A stretch of 64,000 nt of DNA from Candidatus Peregrinibacteria bacterium CG11_big_fil_rev_8_21_14_0_20_49_14 (GTDB lineage: Bacteria > Patescibacteriota > Gracilibacteria > Peribacterales > Peribacteraceae). This document shows positions 38,185 to 45,743 of this stretch, one piece after another. How positions within the stretch are numbered: position 1 is the stretch's first letter; every line of letters begins with the position of its first letter. The notes under the pieces are model-generated. The model saw nothing but the letters and a program-made list of their open reading frames with translations. It ran no database searches and had not been told where the DNA came from. The stretch is taken from positions 15,902 through 79,901 of the forward strand of contig PCVP01000034.1 of the NCBI GenBank assembly GCA_002787035.1, given 5' to 3'. The position numbers were made by a program, and so were the translations under genes.

Positions 38185-39141
38185 ATGAAAAAATCACTCG
38201 TCACCTGCGCTTTTCTGTCCGTTCTTCTTCTCGCTGCCTGTCAGCCCGGGAAAGAGAGTAAGGAAAATAAGGCCATGCAAGAAGTACAGCAGCAGATTGC
38301 ACGCGTGCCCTTTCCTAAAAATGTGAGTATTGCGGGTACATACACGGATTATAGTGAGGGAGTCATAGGAAACGGAGAGGTGTCTGTTCTCTACTTCACC
38401 ACAGATTCAAACCCTGATCTCAAGCAGACAGAAGATGTTTTGGACCAAATTTACGGTTCACTGCCTGTAGGTGTGCACACGTACAAGGTAAATCTTGATA
38501 CGGAACCGGATCTGAAACAACGCTACTCCATAAAAGGGCAGAATACATTCATAGTTATCAATGCAGCGGGAGATCCTGTTTCAATGGGAAATGCGTTATC
38601 ACCGGTCGCACTGGCCAACACGCTCGCGAGAGCAGCGGGTATGAACGTGCAGAAAAATGAAGGAATGATGCAAGAGGACGCGTCCGATGAGCAGGAAGGC
38701 GAGTTGATGCAGGGCATGCCAGCCATGGACGGCAACATGCAGGGTGATGAGCATATGGTGGAGAATATGGGAGCAATGGGCGAGGAGGGCATGGAAAGTG
38801 CGCCACCCACTCAGGAGCCTCAGGGGCTTGCCATGGGGAAATACACCGCTTTCACCGATGATGTCATAGGCAACGGTAAGTCTTCTATTCTCTTCTTTGC
38901 CGCTTCATGGTGCCCCAGTTGTCAGGCTCACAGCGATCGTCTCGCGAGTTGGTACGAAGGCGGAACGATTTATCCATCTGTGTACAAGGTAGATTACGAC
39001 AATTCAAATGATCTCAAATCACGCTTTGGCGTTGTACAACAAGATACGTTTGTACGTATCGATGGCGAGGGTAATGCCGTAAAGCTGATTTCATTCCCTG
39101 ATGACAGTGCACTATGGGAATTTCTTATAGAAACGTACTAG
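38185..39141 (+). CDS. lipoprotein with two thioredoxin-like domains and a Met/Glu-rich linker
   Basis: LAAC lipobox; domain 1 lacks CxxC, domain 2 has WCPSC. Confidence 0.8.
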   Translation: MKKSLVTCAFLSVLLLAACQPGKESKENKAMQEVQQQIARVPFPKNVSIAGTYTDYSEGVIGNGEVSVLYFTTDSNPDLKQTEDVLDQIYGSLPVGVHTYKVNLDTEPDLKQRYSIKGQNTFIVINAAGDPVSMGNALSPVALANTLARAAGMNVQKNEGMMQEDASDEQEGELMQGMPAMDGNMQGDEHMVENMGAMGEEGMESAPPTQEPQGLAMGKYTAFTDDVIGNGKSSILFFAASWCPSCQAHSDRLASWYEGGTIYPSVYKVDYDNSNDLKSRFGVVQQDTFVRIDGEGNAVKLISFPDDSALWEFLIETY

Positions 39142-39151
39142 GCTCAATTTC

Positions 39152-40984
39152 ATGTCACTTGCTTTCACACTCTTCGTGGCGGGGATGCTTACCATTCTCC
39201 TGCCATGCATACTGCCACTTATTCCCATAGTGCTCGGCGTGAGCATTGCGGGAAGAAGTAAGTGGCGACCGTTGTTGAGTATTGCGGGAATGGTAGTCAG
39301 CTTCGTGGGATTCACATTCCTTCTTCTCATTGTCCTTCGGCAATTTGTGGAGGTTGCAGATTACATGCGCATAGCTACGTACTATGTTTTGCTGCTCTTC
39401 GGTCTCGGCTTTCTGTCGCATCATCGTGCGGTGCATATTGTCGGTGCGATATTCGGTGCGGCCTTTTTCCTTTCGAAGGGGTATACGGCAGTGGCAGTGG
39501 CTGCACCTTTGGGAATGGTGGCCATGATTGTCGGCGGAAAAGTTGCCACGCATATTCAGCAGTTCGGTTCGAACGTACAAACAAAAACACGAGAGGAACT
39601 GGGTGAAGGGTCTCCGCTTTCCGCATTTATTATCGGTCTTACCATGGGGCTTGTGTGGGTTCCGTGTGCGGGGCCGGCTTTGGGGTTTGCGTTCACGCTT
39701 GTGCGCGAACAGCCGGGTTTGCAGGCATTTGCGTACCTTACCATGTACGGCATCGGTGCGGCTCTTCCTTTGCTGATTATCGGCTACGGCGGTCAGGCTG
39801 CCGTGCATTCTGTTCGAGCCCTGAATAAATATAGCGGATACATAAAGCAGGTCTCGGGCGCAGTGCTCATCGTGACGGCATTGGCATTCCAATTCCATTG
39901 GTTTACCAAGGTGGAAACGTGGTTCGTTCTGCATACCGAATACGGCACATTGGGAACCAGGCTGGAAGAAAAGCTGTTTGGAGATCACATAAAAATGCCT
40001 TCCTCACAGAAAGAGGATGCGACAGAAGAAGAGCCGAATGCAGAAGAAACAATGAAGTTGCCACATCTTCCCATTATCGCTCCCGTCCCGGAATTCGTAG
40101 ATGCCGGCATCTGGCACAACAGCGAACCTCTTACCATGCAGGAGCTGCGAGGAAAGGTGGTACTGGTGGATTTTTGGACATATAGCTGCATAAACTGCAT
40201 TCGTACGTTTCCGTATATGAGAGAGTACTGGGACAAATACAAAGAAAATCCGTTCGTACTGGTGGGTGTGCACACTCCTGAATTTGTTTTTGAAAAGAGT
40301 GAGAAAAACGTAGCGGACGCACTTCGTCGTTACGATCTCACCTATCCCGTCGTACAGGATAACGACTATGGAATATGGCGTGCCTTCTCCAACCGCTACT
40401 GGCCTGCCAAATACCTGGTGGATGCGGAGGGCAATATTCGTTACACCCACTTCGGTGAAGGAGAGTACGAAGAAACAGACCTCGCCATTCAGGCATTGCT
40501 TGCAGAAATTGGAGTGGATCCCGTGGGTACCAGTCCGGATACGGCGCCGGAGCAGCCTGATTTGCCTCGTACTCCCGAGACGTATCTCGGTGCTCGCAGC
40601 TGGCAGTTCCTTGGCAACGGAGGATTGGTTCCGACAGAAGATGTTGTGACCTACAAGGCACCGACTTCGTTGGAAGATAATCACTATTATCTGGAGGGAG
40701 ACTGGCAGCTTACAGACCAGGAGCGACAAGTGCTCCGCAGCGACGAAGGAGCGATACATATGCGCTTTACGGGCTCCGAAATCAATTTGGTAATGGGTGT
40801 GGAAGAAGGGGCTTCTCCGTCCGAAGTGACCGTGGAAGTCGAAGGGGAAACTGCCTCGGAATTCTCGGTGGAGTACAATGACCTTTTTCCGCTTTGGAAA
40901 GGGCAATACGGCACATATGACATCGTCATACATGTTCGAGGAAAGGGGGCGGAGGCCTACGCATTTACCTTTGGTGTGGGCTAG
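39152..40984 (+). CDS. dipZ: DipZ-like CcdA-thioredoxin fusion
   Basis: PCILP and WVPCAGP (CcdA), DFWTYSCINC, VHTPEF and TPETYLG motifs. Confidence 0.88.
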   Translation: MSLAFTLFVAGMLTILLPCILPLIPIVLGVSIAGRSKWRPLLSIAGMVVSFVGFTFLLLIVLRQFVEVADYMRIATYYVLLLFGLGFLSHHRAVHIVGAIFGAAFFLSKGYTAVAVAAPLGMVAMIVGGKVATHIQQFGSNVQTKTREELGEGSPLSAFIIGLTMGLVWVPCAGPALGFAFTLVREQPGLQAFAYLTMYGIGAALPLLIIGYGGQAAVHSVRALNKYSGYIKQVSGAVLIVTALAFQFHWFTKVETWFVLHTEYGTLGTRLEEKLFGDHIKMPSSQKEDATEEEPNAEETMKLPHLPIIAPVPEFVDAGIWHNSEPLTMQELRGKVVLVDFWTYSCINCIRTFPYMREYWDKYKENPFVLVGVHTPEFVFEKSEKNVADALRRYDLTYPVVQDNDYGIWRAFSNRYWPAKYLVDAEGNIRYTHFGEGEYEETDLAIQALLAEIGVDPVGTSPDTAPEQPDLPRTPETYLGARSWQFLGNGGLVPTEDVVTYKAPTSLEDNHYYLEGDWQLTDQERQVLRSDEGAIHMRFTGSEINLVMGVEEGASPSEVTVEVEGETASEFSVEYNDLFPLWKGQYGTYDIVIHVRGKGAEAYAFTFGVG

Positions 40985-41010
40985 TAAATTTACTAAAAAT
41001 GTGGTATAAT
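40982..41010 (+). promoter_or_regulatory. sigma70 extended -10 promoter with an upstream 14-bp palindrome
   Basis: TGgTATAAT at 41002-41010; perfect palindrome TAGTAAATTTACTA at 40982-40995. Confidence 0.65.
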
Positions 41011-41016
41011 AACATT

Positions 41017-41162
41017 AGTGATTTCTAACGCCAGCACATCAAAAAATAAGAAGTAATACGCAAACTTGAGAGCAGTTTGTAGCATCTTATTCTCTAATAC
41101 GCATCCTCAATTCTGGCGCAAGAAATCACTGTGGCGGTCGTGTGTGTGCGACCGCTTTTTTT
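41017..41162 (+). ncRNA. structured small RNA, 6S-RNA-like topology
   Basis: The 5' and 3' ends pair (AGTGATTTCT/AGAAATCACT and CGCCAG/CTGGCG) around a central bubble and an apical stem; bounded by a promoter and a terminator. Confidence 0.6.
41134..41162 (+). terminator. intrinsic terminator
   Basis: GCGGTCG-loop-CGACCGC followed by T7. Confidence 0.8.
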
Positions 41163-41213
41163 ATGTGTTCCTATTTTGTACAACACAAACTTCTTTGGTA
41201 TTCTCCGTTGCCT

Positions 41214-41963
41214 ATGGCGACGCAGATTCAACACATTCTCGAGGCAGTCGGCTTCGATTCCAAGCAGGCATCTCTGTACCTTGCGGGATTAAAAATAGGC
41301 CATGCACCTGCGTCTGCGTACGCGAAGCGTGCCAAGCTCAACAGAATTACCGCATACAACACGTTGGAAGAACTCGTACACAAAGGTCATTTTACGTGTG
41401 TGAAAAAAGTTCGTGCCAAATGGTATGCCCCCATTGCCCCCGAGTACCTGCTTGTAGAGGCCAGAAAACATGTGGAGGCTCTGGATCAGGCACTTCCCGA
41501 ACTGCGCTCATTGCAGGGTGCCGAGCACCGCAGGCCTCGTGTACGGTTTTTTGAGGGCTGGGATGGGGTACAGCGAGTGTATGAAGACACGCTGACTGCG
41601 GAAGATGAACTCCTTAATTTCGCCAACTCCGCCGTAGTGCGCATGCAATGGCCGTCGTACGATGAAGAGTACGTTGCAAAGCGTGTGCAGCGGGGCATAC
41701 ACCTCAGGGGAATTGCGCCGAACGACAAAGCAGGGAAACAAGTGCACGGAAAAGACAAAGATGCGCTCCGTGAAATTCGTCTGGTTTCCGCAAAAGATTT
41801 TGATTTCACAAACGAGATTAACATTTACGGAAACAAGGTGGCCATGGTCTCTTTCGGAGAAGGAGACGCCGATTTCTTCGGAGTGATAATAGAGAGCAAA
41901 GAAGTGGCGGAAACGCAGCGCCAAATCTTCGAAATGGCGTGGCGGTATGCCGCAAAGCACTAA
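41214..41963 (+). CDS. TrmB family transcriptional regulator
   Basis: N-terminal wHTH (LYLAGL...LNRITAYNTLEEL..KG), VRFFEG and EINIYGNKVA motifs. Confidence 0.88.
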   Translation: MATQIQHILEAVGFDSKQASLYLAGLKIGHAPASAYAKRAKLNRITAYNTLEELVHKGHFTCVKKVRAKWYAPIAPEYLLVEARKHVEALDQALPELRSLQGAEHRRPRVRFFEGWDGVQRVYEDTLTAEDELLNFANSAVVRMQWPSYDEEYVAKRVQRGIHLRGIAPNDKAGKQVHGKDKDALREIRLVSAKDFDFTNEINIYGNKVAMVSFGEGDADFFGVIIESKEVAETQRQIFEMAWRYAAKH

Positions 41964-42014
41964 CACAGGCACTTGTTTTCTTCATCGCTTCGTTTGGTCT
42001 ATGATGTGTTCCCT

Positions 42015-42848
42015 ATGCGTCAGTATCTGGATTTCCTCAGCCACGTTATGGAAAACGGCAAGCCGAAAGACGACCGTACCGGAACGGGTACGTACAGTGT
42101 TTTTGGGTATCAGATGCGTTTTAACCTGCAAGAAGGCTTTCCCCTCCTCACGACCAAAAAGCTGCACACACGCTCCATTTTCCATGAATTGCTCTGGTTT
42201 CTGCAGGGCTCTACGAACATAGGATACCTCAAAGAGAACGGAGTGCGCATTTGGGACGAGTGGGCAACGGAAGACGGAGATCTTGGGCCTGTGTATGGCA
42301 AACAATGGCGAAGTTTTCCGTGTCCCGACGGAACAAGTGTGGACCAAATAAGTCAGGTGATAGAGCAAATTAAAAAGACACCGCACTCACGCAGGCTCAT
42401 CGTATCTGCCTGGAATCCCGCTTTTCTGCCGGATGAAACCATCAGTCCGCAGGAGAACGTGCGTCAGGGCAGAATGGCGTTGCCGCCGTGTCATACCCTG
42501 TTTCAGTTTTATGTCCGTGACGGAGAGCTTAGCTGCCAATTATATCAGCGCAGTGCGGATATATTCCTCGGTGTGCCATTCAATATCGCATCGTATGCGC
42601 TCCTCACTCATATGATTGCGCAAGTGTGCGATTTGAAAGTGGGAGATTTCGTCCATACGTTCGGAGATGCACATTTGTATTCCAATCACTTGGAGCAGGC
42701 ACGTGAGCAACTCAGCCGTGAACCGCGCGGTCTGCCTTCTCTGCAGATGAATCCGGATATTAAAAATATTTTTGAGTTTACCTACGGAGATTTTGCAATA
42801 CTGAATTACGATCCGTTGCCCGGTATTAAAGCCCCTATAGCAGTATGA
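42015..42848 (+). CDS. thyA: thymidylate synthase
   Basis: DRTGTGT, LGPVYG, ALPPCH and [18 protein letters not shown] motifs. Confidence 0.98.
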   Translation: MRQYLDFLSHVMENGKPKDDRTGTGTYSVFGYQMRFNLQEGFPLLTTKKLHTRSIFHELLWFLQGSTNIGYLKENGVRIWDEWATEDGDLGPVYGKQWRSFPCPDGTSVDQISQVIEQIKKTPHSRRLIVSAWNPAFLPDETISPQENVRQGRMALPPCHTLFQFYVRDGELSCQLYQRSADIFLGVPFNIASYALLTHMIAQVCDLKVGDFVHTFGDAHLYSNHLEQAREQLSREPRGLPSLQMNPDIKNIFEFTYGDFAILNYDPLPGIKAPIAV

Positions 42849-43333
42849 GAATCTCTCTCATTGTTGCCGCTTCGGAAAATAACGTCATAGGGAGAAACAA
42901 TGATTTGCCGTGGAGTTTGCCGGATGATTTGCAGCACTTTCGCACTGTCACCGAGGGAAGCCCCATTATTCTGGGAAGAAAAAATTACGAATCTATCGGT
43001 CGTCCGCTGCCGCGCCGTCGCAATATTGTTATTTCGCGACAACCAAATTTATCCATAGACGGCTGCGAAGTCGTGGCCTCTCTGGAAGAAGCTCTGGATC
43101 TTGTGAAGCAAGAAGATGAAGTATTCGTAATAGGAGGAGGTGAAATTTATCGGCAGGCGCTGCCGTCGGCAGATCGTATTTATCTCACTCGTGTGCATGC
43201 GGACATAGAAGGTGACGTCTTTTTCCCGGAGCTTTCAGAAGAGGACTGGGAAGAGGTAAGCAGAGAGGAACATCTCGCAGACGACCGTCATGCGTACGCG
43301 TTTACGTATCGTACGTTGGATCGTCGAAAATAG
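42845..43333 (+). CDS. folA: dihydrofolate reductase
   Basis: [22 protein letters not shown] and IGGGEIY motifs. Confidence 0.97.
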   Translation: MRISLIVAASENNVIGRNNDLPWSLPDDLQHFRTVTEGSPIILGRKNYESIGRPLPRRRNIVISRQPNLSIDGCEVVASLEEALDLVKQEDEVFVIGGGEIYRQALPSADRIYLTRVHADIEGDVFFPELSEEDWEEVSREEHLADDRHAYAFTYRTLDRRK

Positions 43334-43454
43334 GGGAAACAGGTGCTTCTTTTACACATTTATTTTGGCTTAAATAAGCCAAAAGGTGCGTTTTCTTCCA
43401 CTTGTATGGAATGGATGCTGGAGGAGTGCAAAAGTATGAAATACTGTGTTTCCG

Positions 43455-44321
43455 ATGGTAGCACCAGACACATTTAGCGGCCCGAGAACCGAACTCAACT
43501 ACAACGCTGCTGTGCTCGATATCCAAAGAAGAGCAGCGGAAAGTGCTGCAAATGTGGGACAGTTCCGGTCCAATTTTCATACCTATGCGGAGGATGTGCT
43601 GGAGGGGAGAGCAACGGTAAGTTTTTCTCCGTCATCGGAGGATGACAGCACGACAGTGACCGAGGCAGACGGCGAGTTTACCATCGATGCTTCCGCAGCA
43701 GGATTGGAGACTGCTTCGACGGAAACAACCGTGACGGATTTGAGAGATGAGCAAAAAGCACAGTTGCGTTCTGCGATACAATCGCATGATGAGACAGTGG
43801 TTTCTGCCGCTACCGGCGGCATACAAAGTTTGGGAGTGGAAGAGATGCCGGAAGGTCAGCTTGGTGAGGCGGAAATAGGCGGAAGTGGTCGCGTGAGCAA
43901 AAACATGTTGGGTACCATGAAAACCGCCGCAGATGCCAAACAGGCAAATCATGCGGGAAAACACGAGCAGGGGCACATGCAGTCTGTACGGCTCAAGGGA
44001 GAGCTGATTGTGGATGGTGAGACCGAAGGTCCTGTTGCACTGTACGAGTCCTACGCTGAGCTCACAGGTAATCGTGGTGTGGGTGAAGGAGCCCATTACT
44101 TCCGACCCGGGCAGCCAGAAGACTACGAGCATGCGCAGAAGCTTGGTATTCTCCTGGAGGCGGAAGTGGGGAAAGCGGATTATGAACAAACTCTCACCGG
44201 AGACGGTAATTTGAGCAGATTACAAAAGAAGTTGGACGAAAAAGGCCGCGGTCGTACGGATCAGCAAGTGGAAGACGGAGTGGGAGAGGAGGCAGAAGAG
44301 GAGTTGCCTATGAGCCGATAA
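43455..44321 (+). CDS. acidic hypothetical protein with HExxH motif
   Basis: KHEQGH followed by LYESYAE; highly acidic. Confidence 0.65.
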   Translation: MVAPDTFSGPRTELNYNAAVLDIQRRAAESAANVGQFRSNFHTYAEDVLEGRATVSFSPSSEDDSTTVTEADGEFTIDASAAGLETASTETTVTDLRDEQKAQLRSAIQSHDETVVSAATGGIQSLGVEEMPEGQLGEAEIGGSGRVSKNMLGTMKTAADAKQANHAGKHEQGHMQSVRLKGELIVDGETEGPVALYESYAELTGNRGVGEGAHYFRPGQPEDYEHAQKLGILLEAEVGKADYEQTLTGDGNLSRLQKKLDEKGRGRTDQQVEDGVGEEAEEELPMSR

Positions 44322-44853
44322 GTCGTAAGAACTCATCGCGGGTGCGAGGGTCTTCTTTTACCAATCCTTTCAGATGGCTTGTCACAGCTTTGCTGTGCTG
44401 CTTTTCCACGCCACGCATCATCATACAGAAGTGTTCTGACTCTATCATTACTCCTATTCCCTTGGGTTTCAGAACGCTCTCCAGAGCATCACAAATTTGC
44501 TGGCCTAGTCGTTCTTGCACTTGGAGTCTTCGGGCAAACATATCGACGACGCGTGCTATTTTACTCAGTCCTATGATGTGTTTGTCGGGCACGTAGCCCA
44601 CATGCACTTTTCCCACGAATGGGAGCAAATGGTGCTCGCAGAGCGAATAGCACTCTATGTCTTTTACAATGACCATGCCGTTGGTTTCGGCAGGAAATAG
44701 GGCTCCGTTTACTATTTCGTCCAGCGATTGCCCGTATCCCGATGTTAAAAATGCAAACGCTTCTGCCGCTCTTTTTGGCGTCTTCTTGAGCGATTCTCTC
44801 TCGAGATCTTCTCCGCATTGCTCTATGAGGGTTCGAAATGCGTCTTCCATCAT
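44308..44853 (-). CDS. folE: GTP cyclohydrolase I
   Basis: TPKR, SLCEHHLLPF, GLSKIAR, RLQVQERL and HFCMMMRG motifs. Confidence 0.97.
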   Translation of the reverse strand: MMEDAFRTLIEQCGEDLERESLKKTPKRAAEAFAFLTSGYGQSLDEIVNGALFPAETNGMVIVKDIECYSLCEHHLLPFVGKVHVGYVPDKHIIGLSKIARVVDMFARRLQVQERLGQQICDALESVLKPKGIGVMIESEHFCMMMRGVEKQHSKAVTSHLKGLVKEDPRTRDEFLRLIGS

Positions 44854-44871
44854 CAGACGAAAACTCTACAT

Positions 44872-45384
44872 CTAGGGCTCCAGCCCTGCCAGGAGTTCTC
44901 TCGTTTTTTCATCCAAACGTGTGCATTGCTGGTCCATGACGTGTTGCAGGAGATCACCCCAACTCTGCTTTTGTGTGGGATGCATCTTGTGAGTTTCCAA
45001 AAGCTCACAGAGTGGATCGAGTACGAATCTCCGCTCATGCATACGAGGGTGAGGTATCGTGAGTTCTTTCGTCCGCAACACTTCATCACCGTAGAGCAGG
45101 ATATCGAGGTCTATGGTGCGGGGGCCGAATTGGAACGGAGGATTCTTGCCAAGGTCGTGTTCTATCGTCTGCAGCACACGTGCTATTTCCTCCGGCGAGA
45201 GGTCTGTTTGTATGACAGCAACGGCATTTACAAAAGCATCTTGCTCCTCGTGTTCTCTCGGCGCGGTCGCGTACAGCGACGAAAATCGTATGTCCGGCCA
45301 ATGAGTCTTTAGTTGCCGCATGCAGCGTGATATGTTTTCCTCCGCATCTATGTTCGAACCGATTCCGATGTATACGTTTGCTAT
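44872..45384 (-). CDS. folK: HPPK (hydroxymethyldihydropterin pyrophosphokinase), apparent ATA start
   Basis: GPRTIDLDIL and PHPRMHERRFVL; the conserved VYIGIGSN lies upstream of the first ATG (45321), in frame from ATA at 45384. Confidence 0.9.
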   Translation of the reverse strand: MANVYIGIGSNIDAEENISRCMRQLKTHWPDIRFSSLYATAPREHEEQDAFVNAVAVIQTDLSPEEIARVLQTIEHDLGKNPPFQFGPRTIDLDILLYGDEVLRTKELTIPHPRMHERRFVLDPLCELLETHKMHPTQKQSWGDLLQHVMDQQCTRLDEKTRELLAGLEP

Positions 45385-45725
45385 GGTCGTACGATGGAGA
45401 CAGATACGGCTTGGGTGTTTGGCACGATAAATTTCTGAATACTCACACTCACACTTGTCGGTGCAAATTCCGCGAGAATCCGTGATGCAATATCTTCTGC
45501 GAATCGTTCCAGTGTCTTGCGTTCTTTTGTCGCTTCTTCGGCGATCATTGCGGCAACGAGGTCGTAGTCTATTGAGTCCGCAATTGCGTCGCTTTCGCCC
45601 GCCTGCTTCGTATCGGTATGCATTTGAACCGTAACAAGCACTCGCTGTGTCGCCTTGCGTTCTTCGTCGGGTACGCCAATTCTCGTCTGTACCTCAAGCC
45701 CTTGAATACAGATGATATCGCTCAT
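45381..45725 (-). CDS. folB: dihydroneopterin aldolase
   Basis: IGVPDEER...Q, DSIDY, TLERFAE and IQK motifs. Confidence 0.93.
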   Translation of the reverse strand: MSDIICIQGLEVQTRIGVPDEERKATQRVLVTVQMHTDTKQAGESDAIADSIDYDLVAAMIAEEATKERKTLERFAEDIASRILAEFAPTSVSVSIQKFIVPNTQAVSVSIVRP

Positions 45726-45743
45726 GAGCTGACAGCAGGGGAG

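Noticed and set aside
41017..41162. SRP RNA or THF riboswitch identity for the small RNA
   Set aside because: It lacks the SRP domain IV GGAA/AGCAG motif, and I cannot match THF riboswitch consensus elements.
45425..45440. AAATTTA as a -1 slippery site for folB-folK
   Set aside because: The heptamer is out of phase with the folB frame (AAA TTT A rather than A AAT TTA).
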